Positions 21,014 through 31,632 of a DNA stretch of 60,074 nt are shown piece after piece. How positions within the stretch are numbered: position 1 is the first letter of the stretch; every line of letters begins with the position of its first letter. The position numbers were made by a program, and so were the translations under genes. The notes under the pieces were generated by a model. The model did not search any database. It saw only the letters and a program-made list of their open reading frames with translations, and was not told the origin of the DNA. Origin of the DNA: an uncultured Flavobacteriaceae bacterium (GTDB lineage Bacteria; Bacteroidota; Bacteroidia; Flavobacteriales; Flavobacteriaceae); assembly GCA_913031185.1 (NCBI GenBank), contig CAJWDI010000001.1, forward strand, positions 1 through 60,074. Reading direction: 5' to 3'.

Positions 21014-21628
21014 TTAATTAAATTCACCAGCACCGCTGCGGGTAACAAGAGGAGGTTCTTGGCAAGTATCAATAACCGTTGATGGAATGTTGCCCCCAAA
21101 GCCACTGTCAATTACAATATCTACTTTAGAACGCCAATCCTCAAAAATAACATCTGGATCCGTCGTGTATTCAATGATGGCATCATTGTCGTGTATAGAG
21201 GTGGTTATAATGGGATTTCCAAGTTGTTTTACAATTTCCAAAACAACGGGGTGTTTAGGAATGCGAATTCCCACGGTTTTGCGTTTTTTGAAAGGTCTGG
21301 GCAGTGCTTTGTTACTTGGTAAAATAAAGGTATAAGGCCCCGGTAAATATTTTTTCAATAATTTGAACGTCGAACTGCTTAATTGTGCGGTATATGTACT
21401 GAGGTCACTCAAATCATGGCAGATAAATGCTAGATTAGCACGTTCCAGCTTTTCGCCTTTTAGCTGCGCCAAATATTGCATGGCTTTAAGGTTTTTAACA
21501 TCACAACCCAAGGCATAAACTGTGTCGGTAGGGTAGATGACCAGCCCACCATTTTTAAGTGATTTAACCACTTTTTCTATGGCGCTTGGATGTGGATTTT
21601 CTGGGTATATTTTTATCAATTCAGCCAT
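21014..21628 (-). CDS. Sua5/YciO/YrdC family protein (threonylcarbamoyl-AMP synthase-like)
   Basis: IYPTDTVYALGC, LPGPYTFIL, TVGIRIP, PSTVID, RSGAG. ATG 21628. Confidence 0.9.
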   Translation of the reverse strand: MAELIKIYPENPHPSAIEKVVKSLKNGGLVIYPTDTVYALGCDVKNLKAMQYLAQLKGEKLERANLAFICHDLSDLSTYTAQLSSSTFKLLKKYLPGPYTFILPSNKALPRPFKKRKTVGIRIPKHPVVLEIVKQLGNPIITTSIHDNDAIIEYTTDPDVIFEDWRSKVDIVIDSGFGGNIPSTVIDTCQEPPLVTRSGAGEFN

Positions 21629-21629
21629 C

Positions 21630-23942
21630 TCAAGATATAATTTCAAGTTTCGCAAAACGCAATAATAACTTTTTGACTCCTACGGCTTTAAATTTAATTT
21701 CCGCTTTTAAATCGGCACCCTTGCCTTCAATTTTAAGAACTTCTCCATTACCAAACCGTTGGTGGTTAACAATATTACCTGTAACAAGTTTGGAATCAAA
21801 TAGGTTAGATTTATTGGTAGACTTTGTTAGCTTTTTGAGATGTTTTGGAGGCGGTGTCACTTTGGGGGTTGTTTTTGGTTTTGTGAAGGAAGGTTTTTTG
21901 TAACGAATTTGATGGGGTTCTACATCCCCAAAAATATCGGCACTGAGCATCGGATTGAAACGTTTTTCTTCTTTTGGTGTGGTGTTTTCTATGTAGTCTT
22001 CATCAATTTCTTCAATAAAGCGACTGGGTTCTGCATCGATGAGTTTTCCCCAACGGTATCTAGTTAGGGCATAGGTCAAATACACTTGTCTTTCAGCTCT
22101 AGTAACCGCTACATAGAACAAGCGCCTTTCTTCTTCTAGCTCGGCGCGGGTATTCATACTCATGGCACTTGGGAATAAATCTTCCTCTAGTCCAACAATA
22201 TAAACGTAGGGGAATTCCAAGCCTTTAGCCAAATGAATGGTCATCAAGGCCACTTTATCGCTTTCGTTTCCTTGGTCGTTGTCTAAATCAGTTGCAAGTG
22301 CCACATCCTCCAAAAACTCCGCCAACGCCCCAGAAGAATCGGCAAGTTCTTGTTGACCTTGTACAAAATCTTTAATCCCATTCAGTAATTCCTCTACATT
22401 TTCCATTCGCATAATGCCCTCCGGAGTGCCATCCTTTTTATATTCTTGGATCAAACCACTCACTCTGCAGACATGTTCGGTCAGGTCAAAGGCATTGGCC
22501 GTTTGGTTCATGACCTGAAAACTTTCTATCATCGTACAGAAATTGGACAATTTTGTTTTGGTGCCAGAATTTAGATTTAGTTGAATGCTGTGAATATTTT
22601 TTAGAACTTCAAAAATAGATGTGTTTCCCGCATTTGCGCTGACTATCAGCTTGTCTAAAGTTGTTTGTCCAATGCCACGTCCTGGAAAGTTAATGATCCG
22701 TTTTAAAGCTTCTTCATCGGCTGGATTGACAATCAGTCTAAGGTAGGAGAGTACGTCTTTAATTTCCTTGCGTTGGTAAAATGAAAGCCCGCCATAAATT
22801 CTGTAATCAATCCCGCGTTTTCTCAGGGCGTCTTCAATGGCTCTGGATTGCGCATTGGTTCTGTAGAGTACTGCAAAATCACCATTTTTTGCCTGCTGAT
22901 TCATTTTATTTTCAAAAATTGAACTGGCGACATAACGCCCCTCATCTCCGTCTGTTAAAGATCGATTAACCACAATGCGATTGCCTTCTTCATTGGCGGT
23001 CCATACGACTTTGTCAAGCTTGGTTTGATTTTTATCAATAATGGAGTTAGCAGCATTCACAATGTTTTTGGTGGAACGGTAATTTTGTTCTAAGCGGTAT
23101 AATTTTACATCTTCATAGTCGCGTTGAAAATTTAAAATATTATTGATATTGGCTCCACGAAAGGCATAAATACTTTGTGCATCATCGCCAACAACACAAA
23201 TATTTTGAAAGCGGTCGGCAAGGGCTCGTACTATGAGGTATTGGGAGTGGTTGGTGTCTTGGTACTCGTCCACTAAGATATAACGAAATCGTTGCTGGTA
23301 TTTTGCCAATACATCTGGGAATCTTGTCAAAAGCTCATTTGTCTTGAGTAATAAATCATCAAAATCCATGGCGCCCGCTTTGAAACAACGGTCAACATAG
23401 GCGCTGTAGATGTCTCCAAGTTTGGGCCGTTTGGCCATGGTATCTGCCTCTATCAATTCTGGATTTTGAAAATAGGCTCTGACGGTTATGAGACTATTTT
23501 TGTAGGATGAAATACGACTGTAAATTTGTTTGTATTTATAAACGTCTTTATCCAGATTCATTTCCTTGATTATGGAAGCAATGAGGCGTTGTGAATCTTG
23601 AGTGTCGTAAATCGTAAAGTTTGAAGGATAGCCTAATCGATCCGCTTCAAAGCGCAGTATTTTAGCAAATACAGAATGGAAGGTGCCCATCCATAAGTTT
23701 TTCGCTTCGCTTTCCCCAACAATTGCTGCAATTCGTGATTTCATCTCTCTTGCTGCTTTGTTGGTAAAGGTCAAAGCCAAAATATTAAAAGGATCCACGT
23801 CTTGACTCATGAGGTAAGCAATTCTATAGGTCAAAACGCGGGTCTTTCCTGAGCCTGCACCTGCAATGACAATCATGGCACCCTCTTTTTGCAGAGTGGG
23901 TGCCAATTGTGCCTCGTTAAGCTGGTCTAAATATGCCTTCAA
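21630..23942 (-). CDS. uvrD: UvrD/PcrA family ATP-dependent DNA helicase
   Basis: AGAGSGKT, VDEYQD, GDDAQSIY, LEQNYRST, TIHLAKGLEF, EERRLFYVA, C-terminal Tudor-like HQRFGNG. Confidence 0.96.
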   Translation of the reverse strand: MKAYLDQLNEAQLAPTLQKEGAMIVIAGAGSGKTRVLTYRIAYLMSQDVDPFNILALTFTNKAAREMKSRIAAIVGESEAKNLWMGTFHSVFAKILRFEADRLGYPSNFTIYDTQDSQRLIASIIKEMNLDKDVYKYKQIYSRISSYKNSLITVRAYFQNPELIEADTMAKRPKLGDIYSAYVDRCFKAGAMDFDDLLLKTNELLTRFPDVLAKYQQRFRYILVDEYQDTNHSQYLIVRALADRFQNICVVGDDAQSIYAFRGANINNILNFQRDYEDVKLYRLEQNYRSTKNIVNAANSIIDKNQTKLDKVVWTANEEGNRIVVNRSLTDGDEGRYVASSIFENKMNQQAKNGDFAVLYRTNAQSRAIEDALRKRGIDYRIYGGLSFYQRKEIKDVLSYLRLIVNPADEEALKRIINFPGRGIGQTTLDKLIVSANAGNTSIFEVLKNIHSIQLNLNSGTKTKLSNFCTMIESFQVMNQTANAFDLTEHVCRVSGLIQEYKKDGTPEGIMRMENVEELLNGIKDFVQGQQELADSSGALAEFLEDVALATDLDNDQGNESDKVALMTIHLAKGLEFPYVYIVGLEEDLFPSAMSMNTRAELEEERRLFYVAVTRAERQVYLTYALTRYRWGKLIDAEPSRFIEEIDEDYIENTTPKEEKRFNPMLSADIFGDVEPHQIRYKKPSFTKPKTTPKVTPPPKHLKKLTKSTNKSNLFDSKLVTGNIVNHQRFGNGEVLKIEGKGADLKAEIKFKAVGVKKLLLRFAKLEIIS

Positions 23943-24167
23943 ATAAACTGTTTTTTGAATGTGTGAAATTAAGTAATGTAATTCGGTTTTATATGCAGTT
24001 TAACGAATAATTATAAACAATTATAAGAATGATTTATCGCCCATCTACTTCTATAAACATGGGAGGCACCTACAGCAATTAAAGAATTTTAAAACGATCT
24101 TTTTGTTAGTGTGGTAAGTTCGCTTTAAAATCATTAATTTAGTAGGCAATAATTCAATACAAAAGTT

Positions 24168-24686
24168 ATGGGTGATGAAATTTTAGGACTTCTCATTTAC
24201 TGCATTCCAGCACTTGTTACAGGAGCGATTGCATTTTTATTTTTTAGAGAACATACAGACAACGAAAATAACCGTAGAAATTTCGTTTTAACCCAATCTT
24301 TACAAAAAGAGGTCATGCCGGTGCGGTTACAAGCCTATGAGCGACTGGCTTTATTCTTAGAGCGCATTGCAGCCCACCACCTTTTAAAGCGTGTGGCGCC
24401 CATTGCAAATGAAACACAAGCCTATAAAGACTTGCTGATTTCAACTATTGAACAAGAATATACACATAATTTATCGCAACAAATTTATGTTTCAGATCCT
24501 TGCTGGCGCATGATTTCAGCGGCGAAAAACAGTTGTATTCAAATTATATTGGGTTGTGAAGATGAGACTGTTGAATCGGCCCAAGCGTTGCGCCCATTAC
24601 TGTTGACAGCGCTTTCCAATTGTAAAGTAACCCCAGAAATGGCATTGACTTTTCTAAAGGAAGAAGTTTCAACCTTTTTGAAGTAA
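24168..24686 (+). CDS. Conserved Bacteroidota hypothetical protein with an N-terminal TM helix
   Basis: 172-aa ORF with RLQAYERLALFLERI and EYTHNLSQQIYVS motifs. Confidence 0.75.
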   Translation: MGDEILGLLIYCIPALVTGAIAFLFFREHTDNENNRRNFVLTQSLQKEVMPVRLQAYERLALFLERIAAHHLLKRVAPIANETQAYKDLLISTIEQEYTHNLSQQIYVSDPCWRMISAAKNSCIQIILGCEDETVESAQALRPLLLTALSNCKVTPEMALTFLKEEVSTFLK

Positions 24687-24690
24687 GCTT

Positions 24691-26796
24691 ATGGGCGATG
24701 CTGTTTTACAAACATCCATCGATTATTTAAAAGGCGTAGGGCCCAACCGCGCGTCTTTGCTGCGATCAGAATTGGGCATTCACACCTATCAAGATTTGTT
24801 GCATTTGTTTCCAAATCGTTATATCGATCGGACTCAATTTTACAACATCAACAGTTTGCAGCGCAACAATTCTGAAGTTCAAATTGTTGGTCAAATCACT
24901 GGCTTTAAAGAAATCCAACAGAAGCGTGGCAAACGTTTGGTGGCCACTTTTACCGATGCAACTGCTCAGATGGAATTGGTTTGGTTTCGCGGTCATAAAT
25001 GGATTCGCGAAAACTTAAAAATAAACGCAACTTATGTTGTGTTTGGTAAGGTTAATTGGTTCAACGGTACTTTCAGTATGCCACATCCAGACATGGAGTT
25101 AAAATCGGAATTTGACAAAGGATTAAGAACCGCCATTCAACCGCTCTATCCCTCCACCGAAACTTTGGGTAATCGTGGAATCTCCAATCGTGTCATATGT
25201 AAGTTGATGGAACAATTATTTCTTCAATTCAATGGAAAATTTGAAGAATCGCTCTCTAAACCACTTCTGAATCAATATAAAATGATTTCTAAAAATGAAG
25301 CGCTTTTAAACATTCATTTCCCCAAAAATCAAAATCTATTGGCCAAGGCGCAATTCCGGCTAAAATTTGAAGAATTGTTTTTTATTCAATTGCAGTTGAT
25401 CTATAAAAATTTAGTCCATAAAGCGAAGATCAAAGGTTTTGTATTTGAAGCTGTGGGTGCCAATTTTAATACATTCTACAGTAACCACTTGCCATTTGAA
25501 TTGACTCGGGCTCAAAAACGTGTCATCAAAGAAATTCGCGCCGATATGGGTAGCAATGCACAAATGAACCGATTATTGCAAGGGGATGTGGGTTCTGGGA
25601 AAACCATTGTAGCTTTTATGGCGATGCTAATTGCCATTGACAATGGCTTTCAAGCGACAATGATGGCCCCAACAGAGATTTTAGCCATTCAACATTACAC
25701 AGGGCTTAAAACACTTTGTGATGCCATTGGAATTCAGGTATCCTTACTAACGGGATCTTCTAAGACCGCTGAAAGAAAACAAATTCACAGCCAGCTTGAG
25801 GACGGAAGTTTGCATATTTTGGTGGGTACCCACGCCGTTTTGGAAGATAAGGTGAAGTTTAAAAATTTAGGATTGGCCATCATTGATGAACAACATCGCT
25901 TTGGTGTGGCACAACGCAGTAAGCTTTGGCGTAAAAACACCTCACCACCTCATATTTTGGTCATGACTGCAACTCCCATTCCAAGAACCTTGGCGATGTC
26001 TGTCTATGGTGATTTGGACATTTCAATCATTGATGAATTACCACCTGGAAGAAAACCCATTAAAACAGTTCATCGTTATGACAGCAACCGACTCAAGGTA
26101 TTTCGGTTTATTAAAGATGAAATACAAAAAGGCCGCCAGATTTACATTGTCTATCCACTCATAAACGAAAGTCAAAAATTAGATTTCAAAGATTTAATGG
26201 ATGGTTATGAAAGTATTTCCAGAGAATTTCCCATGCCAGCGTATCAAATATCCATTGTTCATGGACAAATGAAGGCTGCTGATAAGGATTATGAAATGCA
26301 GCGTTTTGTCAATGGAGAAACACAAATAATGGTAGCCACAACTGTTATTGAAGTTGGTGTCAATGTCCCTAATGCTTCTGTTATGGTTATTGAAAGTGCG
26401 GAGCGTTTTGGGCTCTCTCAATTACACCAATTACGTGGCAGGGTAGGCCGTGGTGCGGAACAAAGCTATTGTATTTTGATGACAGGCTCCAAGCTTGGCA
26501 ACGATAGTAAAACTCGAATGGCAACCATGGTAGGTTCTGGTGATGGTTTTGAGATTGCAGAGGTGGATTTAAAACTTCGAGGACCAGGCGATTTAATGGG
26601 AACCCAGCAAAGTGGTGTTTTGAGGCTAAAAATTGCCAATATCGTTCAAGACAAAGCACTTTTAGGCATTGCGCGAGAATCGGCTAAAAATATTTTAAAA
26701 GAAGATCCAAAATTGATTTTGCCAAAGAATCGTCCTATTAATGCCACTTATGTGGCCATGGGAACCTATAAAAATATTTGGAACTATATCAGTTGA
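24691..26796 (+). CDS. recG: ATP-dependent DNA helicase RecG
   Basis: LKGVGP, RLLQGDVGSGKT, IIDEQHRFG, MTATPIPRT, QLRGRVGRG, DLKLRGPG. Confidence 0.98.
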   Translation: MGDAVLQTSIDYLKGVGPNRASLLRSELGIHTYQDLLHLFPNRYIDRTQFYNINSLQRNNSEVQIVGQITGFKEIQQKRGKRLVATFTDATAQMELVWFRGHKWIRENLKINATYVVFGKVNWFNGTFSMPHPDMELKSEFDKGLRTAIQPLYPSTETLGNRGISNRVICKLMEQLFLQFNGKFEESLSKPLLNQYKMISKNEALLNIHFPKNQNLLAKAQFRLKFEELFFIQLQLIYKNLVHKAKIKGFVFEAVGANFNTFYSNHLPFELTRAQKRVIKEIRADMGSNAQMNRLLQGDVGSGKTIVAFMAMLIAIDNGFQATMMAPTEILAIQHYTGLKTLCDAIGIQVSLLTGSSKTAERKQIHSQLEDGSLHILVGTHAVLEDKVKFKNLGLAIIDEQHRFGVAQRSKLWRKNTSPPHILVMTATPIPRTLAMSVYGDLDISIIDELPPGRKPIKTVHRYDSNRLKVFRFIKDEIQKGRQIYIVYPLINESQKLDFKDLMDGYESISREFPMPAYQISIVHGQMKAADKDYEMQRFVNGETQIMVATTVIEVGVNVPNASVMVIESAERFGLSQLHQLRGRVGRGAEQSYCILMTGSKLGNDSKTRMATMVGSGDGFEIAEVDLKLRGPGDLMGTQQSGVLRLKIANIVQDKALLGIARESAKNILKEDPKLILPKNRPINATYVAMGTYKNIWNYIS

Positions 26797-27376
26797 AATT
26801 TTCAATGAATTTTTCAGAGCGTAGCATTAGAGTTTTAAAAACAACTCTGAAATCGGCTTCAAACGCTTCGTAATACTCCATAAGTTCGTAGGTTGCTTTA
26901 TTCATACCTGATTTGTTTTTTGTACGTCTGTTCATTCCGGTTAAAGTATCGGCAATTCCTTCTAAATACTGGTAATTATACAACCAATTATTTTGTACCA
27001 TATATGGTAACATATATTGTATTTGCGGCGTTAGAAGTGTGTGATTTTCTTTAAAAAGTTGGTAATTCTTATTTGCAAACTCTTCCAAACTTATTGTCGC
27101 ATAATCATCCCAGTTTTTAGCCAAAAAATGGTCATAGAAAATATCTACAATTATCCCTGAATAATGCCCATAATTGGCATGCAAACGTTTGGTGCTGTTT
27201 CTAAAACTGGGATGCGCATCCGTTGTACTGTCAATATGCCGGTGCAATAAAATTCCTTTTTGAATCTGTTTTGGATACTTCTTATATTGGTTTCCTTTGA
27301 TACTGTCTGCCATAAAGTTGCCAAGAATCACTTCGGGTTCTCTGCCAGAAAGGTAAATGTGTGCGAGGTAGTTCAT
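26789..27376 (-). CDS. acpH: Acyl carrier protein phosphodiesterase
   Basis: MNYLAH, GNFMAD, GILLHRHIDSTTDAH, DIFYDHFLA. Confidence 0.92.
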   Translation of the reverse strand: MNYLAHIYLSGREPEVILGNFMADSIKGNQYKKYPKQIQKGILLHRHIDSTTDAHPSFRNSTKRLHANYGHYSGIIVDIFYDHFLAKNWDDYATISLEEFANKNYQLFKENHTLLTPQIQYMLPYMVQNNWLYNYQYLEGIADTLTGMNRRTKNKSGMNKATYELMEYYEAFEADFRVVFKTLMLRSEKFIENFN

Positions 27377-27445
27377 AAATCTAAATTATGAATACTATTT
27401 TATTAATGTAGAATTGAAATCTTATATTTACACAAAATTTTTAAA

Positions 27446-28828
27446 ATGACCCTAATTAAATCAATCTCTGGAATTCGTGGCACTATTGGTGGCAATGTAG
27501 GAGACAATTTAACGCCCATAGATGTGGTGAAATTTGCTGCGGCCTATGGGATGTGGATTAAGGAGCAACGCAACAAAAACAATTATTCTGTAGTGATTGG
27601 AAGAGATGCAAGAATATCTGGAGAAATGATTCAAAACTTAGTCATCAATACGCTTATTGGAATGGGAATTGATGTGGTCAATTTAAATTTATCTACCACG
27701 CCAACCGTTGAAATTGCAGTGCCAATGGAACATGCGGATGGCGGTATTATTTTAACCGCTAGTCACAATCCAAAACAGTGGAATGCCCTAAAGTTGTTGG
27801 ATGCAAATGGGGAGTTTTTAAACGCCAAACACAGTCAACGTGTATTAGATTTGGCCGCCTCAGAAAATATTGCTTTTTCAGATGTTGATGCACTTGGAAA
27901 AATGACTGTAAATGCTGCTTATTTTGATTTACATATTGATGCGGTATTAGATTTAGATTTGGTAAATATTGAAGCCATACGCAAAAGCCGATTTAAAGTG
28001 GTTGTAGACGGTGTTAATTCTACGGGGGGTATCGTTGTACCAATGTTATTAGAACGCTTGGGAGTAACACCCATTCGTCTGTATTGCACGCCTGATGGCC
28101 ATTTTCCACATAATCCTGAACCTCTAAAACAACATTTGACAGATTTATCTGAAAAAGTTTTAAGTACGGGTGCCGATTTCGGAATTGCGGTTGACCCCGA
28201 TGTGGACCGTTTGGCTTTTATGGATGAAAAAGGGGAGCTTTTTGGGGAAGAATATACTTTAGTGGCTTGTGCCGATTATGTCCTGAGTCATACTAAGGGA
28301 AATACAGTGAGTAATTTGAGTTCAACTAGGGCTTTGTGTGATGTTACAGTTAAACACGGTGGAACCTATACAGCCAGCGCTGTCGGAGAGGTCAATGTTG
28401 TCGCGGCTATGAAGGCTAATAACGCCATCATTGGCGGTGAGGGTAATGGCGGCATCATTCTTCCAGAATCTCATTACGGTCGGGATGCCCTGGTTGGTAT
28501 TGCCTTATTTTTAAGCCTCTTGGCTGAAAAACAAATGTCGGTAAGTACTCTAAAAAACACATATCCTTTGTATTTTATGAGTAAAAAGAAAATTGACTTG
28601 AACCCCAATATTGATGTAGATGCTTTGTTATCTGCTATGGAAAAATCCTATCAAAATGAGCCGCTAACAACGGTTGATGGTGTAAAAATTGACTTTCCAG
28701 ATTCTTGGGTGCACCTTCGAAAAAGTAATACAGAACCCATTATTAGAATTTATACAGAGGCCCCAACTCAACAACAAGCCGACGCCTTGGCAGAACGCTT
28801 TATTTCTGAACTGAAAGCCTTGTCTTAA
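27446..28828 (+). CDS. glmM: Phosphoglucosamine mutase (alpha-D-phosphohexomutase family)
   Basis: SISGIRG, TASHNP (phospho-Ser), DPDVDR metal loop, GGEGNGG, RKSNTEP. Confidence 0.88.
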   Translation: MTLIKSISGIRGTIGGNVGDNLTPIDVVKFAAAYGMWIKEQRNKNNYSVVIGRDARISGEMIQNLVINTLIGMGIDVVNLNLSTTPTVEIAVPMEHADGGIILTASHNPKQWNALKLLDANGEFLNAKHSQRVLDLAASENIAFSDVDALGKMTVNAAYFDLHIDAVLDLDLVNIEAIRKSRFKVVVDGVNSTGGIVVPMLLERLGVTPIRLYCTPDGHFPHNPEPLKQHLTDLSEKVLSTGADFGIAVDPDVDRLAFMDEKGELFGEEYTLVACADYVLSHTKGNTVSNLSSTRALCDVTVKHGGTYTASAVGEVNVVAAMKANNAIIGGEGNGGIILPESHYGRDALVGIALFLSLLAEKQMSVSTLKNTYPLYFMSKKKIDLNPNIDVDALLSAMEKSYQNEPLTTVDGVKIDFPDSWVHLRKSNTEPIIRIYTEAPTQQQADALAERFISELKALS

Positions 28829-28831
28829 AAA

Positions 28832-29704
28832 TTATTCTTTGCGGTGTTTCCAGCGTTTGTGGGTCCATAAGTAGTACTCCGGAGCTTCATAAATTTGTTT
28901 TTCTACAAGTTTTGTAAATTGATCTGTAATTTCATAGTCATCAAAGTCTTTTGGGGTTTCAGTTAGCGTCTGAAACGTGGTTTCGTAAAACCCGCGTTTT
29001 ACACGCTTGACAGAGAAAAAAACAACAGTAAGGTCTAATCTTTTGGATAACATTTCTGCGCCTGTGTACATGGGAACCTCGATGCCCATAAAGGCATTCC
29101 AATGAAAAGCTTTGTGTTTTTTTGGACTTTGGTCGGCTACAAAGCCATTGATTGTTAACAACCCTTTTTCCTTATTTTCAGTTAGGACTTTTACGGCTTC
29201 TTTAGTGGTTATCAAATAGGAGTCATAGCGTGCCCTAATTTTGCGAACCATGGCATCAAAATACTTATTGTTAAGACGTTTGTAGATCGCAAAGGTTTTG
29301 TGACTTGTGTAGGCTTGTAGGATAAAGATCCACTCCCAGCTTCCGTAATGGGCACACATCATTGCAATGCTTTTATTGCGTTTTTCTAGGTCATGAATGA
29401 GTTCGATATTGGTAAATTTAAAACGTTCTTTCATATCTGACATACGAATGCTCATCGATTTGATGGCCTCCAATATCATATCACAAAGGTGGTGGTAAAA
29501 CTTTCTTGCAATGCGTTTGCGTTCGAGATGTGATTTTTCTGGGAATGCCAATTCTAAATTGGCCATTACGGTTTGTTTGCGATAACCAAATATCCGATAT
29601 AAAAATACATACATGACATCCGATAGCGCATACAATAGTCGAAACGGGAGTAAAGAAACCACCCATAAAAAAGGATAAATGAGAACAAAGGCAAGCAATT
29701 GCAT
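28832..29704 (-). CDS. Lipid A biosynthesis acyltransferase (LpxL/HtrB family)
   Basis: NLELAFPE, HYGSWE catalytic motif, ADQ, PEYYLWTHKRWK. Confidence 0.9.
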   Translation of the reverse strand: MQLLAFVLIYPFLWVVSLLPFRLLYALSDVMYVFLYRIFGYRKQTVMANLELAFPEKSHLERKRIARKFYHHLCDMILEAIKSMSIRMSDMKERFKFTNIELIHDLEKRNKSIAMMCAHYGSWEWIFILQAYTSHKTFAIYKRLNNKYFDAMVRKIRARYDSYLITTKEAVKVLTENKEKGLLTINGFVADQSPKKHKAFHWNAFMGIEVPMYTGAEMLSKRLDLTVVFFSVKRVKRGFYETTFQTLTETPKDFDDYEITDQFTKLVEKQIYEAPEYYLWTHKRWKHRKE

Positions 29705-29766
29705 AAATTAAGCTTAATTTTACAGCACAAAGATACTTTATTTAGACGAATTAACATCTTTTATCT

Positions 29767-30408
29767 ATGCACCTACATCTGCTTGTTGTTATCATTGCCA
29801 ACGTTTTAATTTCCATGCGTGGGTTCAAAGACCCTGCTTTTTTTGACCGTTTTAAATTTAACATCAAAGCCCTTCAAAATGGAGATTTCAAACGGACTTT
29901 AAGTTCTGGTTTTCTTCATGTCGACCTTCAGCACCTTCTTTTCAATATGTTAACACTCTATTTTTTTGCAGAAATTGTTATTTATGAATTGGGAGTTGTA
30001 AGTTTTTATTTTGTCTACTTAACCTCCCTCATTGCAGGAAATTTACTGTCTTTTTACTTTCATCAAAGGGAACCCAATTATACAGCGGTTGGAGCAAGCG
30101 GGGCAGTGACTGGCATTGTGTATGCGTCTATTTTGCTTAATCCAGGCATGAAAATGTTTATTTATTTTATTCCCATTCCGATTCCATCCTATCTCATTGG
30201 GGTAGGGTACTTGTTATTTTCTATTTATGGTATGAAAACAAAATTGGGTAATATAGGCCATGATGCACATTTTGGAGGAGCTGTTGGCGGCTATTTCATC
30301 ACTTTAATCTTAGCACCCTGGATCTTACAATACCACATGTGGATGGTACTGCTTTTGGCCGCACCCATTTTTTTATTATTGTTTTTGAGATGGAATGGTA
30401 AGCTTTAA
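29767..30408 (+). CDS. Rhomboid family intramembrane serine protease
   Basis: FLHVDLQHLLFNM, GASG (catalytic Ser), HDAHFGG. Confidence 0.93.
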   Translation: MHLHLLVVIIANVLISMRGFKDPAFFDRFKFNIKALQNGDFKRTLSSGFLHVDLQHLLFNMLTLYFFAEIVIYELGVVSFYFVYLTSLIAGNLLSFYFHQREPNYTAVGASGAVTGIVYASILLNPGMKMFIYFIPIPIPSYLIGVGYLLFSIYGMKTKLGNIGHDAHFGGAVGGYFITLILAPWILQYHMWMVLLLAAPIFLLLFLRWNGKL

Positions 30409-31550
30409 TTGTCAAGCAGTTCGGAAATTTTAGCCTCCAATGCTCCGCCTCGGAGCTTAGTCGCCAAAATTACTCCATCTTTGTCAAGAATAAAAGTCGC
30501 TGGAATTGAAGAGACATTATAAAGCTGTGCCAATGGGTCTTGCCAGAATTTTAAATTGGATACATTGTACCAGTTAAGTTGGTCTTTTTCAATTGCCTCA
30601 ACCCAACGTTGCTTCTGATTGTTTCGATCTAAGGAGACACTGATAATCTCTAACCCCTTAGCGTGGTATTGTTCGTAAATTTTAACAAAGTTTGGATTTT
30701 CAATGCGACATGGACGACACCAAGAGGCCCAAAAATCAAGGATGGTCACTTTACCAAGTATATTACTTAGGGTAATCATTTCACCATCTGGATTAGGGGC
30801 TGTAAAATCCGGCGCTTTAGCTCCAATTTTGGGTTCAAAGGTATTTAGAGCAATATTGATCTTGGCATTGATTTTTTGTGCCATTATAGTATTTGTAGGC
30901 TTATTTAACAACGCCTGAGGCATCAGCTCAAAAACTTCTGAGGCCATTTTTGCATCAAAGCCTTGTTGTCCAGTAATACCATCCAATAACATCAATGAAA
31001 AATCAGAATCTGGATTTTGTTTTAAAAAATTGAGTCCATAGTCTTTTAATTCTGATCTTAATATTGTGTTGCGTTCTTGAATTTCCTTAATGGCATCGGC
31101 ATCGCCTTGTGCAAGTACATACGCTTGGCGCAAACCACTCACTTTTTCGACCAAGGCTTGATATCCATTTTTGTAGCTATTAAAAATGACATTGTTATTC
31201 CCTCCACTAACTTCTGATTGATAGATGCTGTCTTTGTAAATAGTGACTTCAATTTGTTCGGGCTCAAGCACCAGTGCTGTTTGACCAACAATCCCATCAA
31301 TGGTTAAAATACGCATTTCTGAACCATCGATCTTACCTTTAAAATTAAAGGCTTCATTCACAACAATGGCCGTATCAGTTATTCTGCCTTTTTGGCCATT
31401 TTCACTGGTCTTTAAATAAACCCGAACTCCATTGAAAACGCCTTCTGCCTTACCGCTTATGACAAATTCGTTTTTAGAAGCTGTATTGGATTCGCAAGCT
31501 GAAAATAGACACAATAAAACCGCAGTTAAAAAAAGAGAAAATCTAAACAT
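30405..31550 (-). CDS. TlpA-family thiol-disulfide oxidoreductase lipoprotein (DUF4369-like N-domain)
   Basis: Lipobox FSAC, APDFTAP, DFWASWCRPCR, IPATFILD. Confidence 0.9.
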   Translation of the reverse strand: MFRFSLFLTAVLLCLFSACESNTASKNEFVISGKAEGVFNGVRVYLKTSENGQKGRITDTAIVVNEAFNFKGKIDGSEMRILTIDGIVGQTALVLEPEQIEVTIYKDSIYQSEVSGGNNNVIFNSYKNGYQALVEKVSGLRQAYVLAQGDADAIKEIQERNTILRSELKDYGLNFLKQNPDSDFSLMLLDGITGQQGFDAKMASEVFELMPQALLNKPTNTIMAQKINAKINIALNTFEPKIGAKAPDFTAPNPDGEMITLSNILGKVTILDFWASWCRPCRIENPNFVKIYEQYHAKGLEIISVSLDRNNQKQRWVEAIEKDQLNWYNVSNLKFWQDPLAQLYNVSSIPATFILDKDGVILATKLRGGALEAKISELLDN

Positions 31551-31611
31551 GGATTAATTTTTCGTAAAAATAAATAAAATTTGACAACCTTATGGTTTGA
31601 GAGAATATTAA

Positions 31612-31619
31612 TACTTTTG
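31612..31619 (+). promoter_or_regulatory. -7 box (TACTTTTG) for mnmE
   Basis: TAnnTTTG 13 nt before ATG 31633. Confidence 0.55.
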
Positions 31620-31632
31620 TAAAAAATAAGAT

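Noticed and set aside
21010-21111. N-terminal extension of UvrA given by the ORF track
   Set aside because: Overlaps the upstream Sua5/YciO gene. UvrA homology begins at MKKFENHIEVKGAR (ATG 21009).
23943-24167. uvrD divergent intergenic region with TTATAA-ACAA-TTATAA examined as an SOS-type operator
   Set aside because: Short AT-only pattern, and no matching copy was seen upstream of other repair genes in the window.
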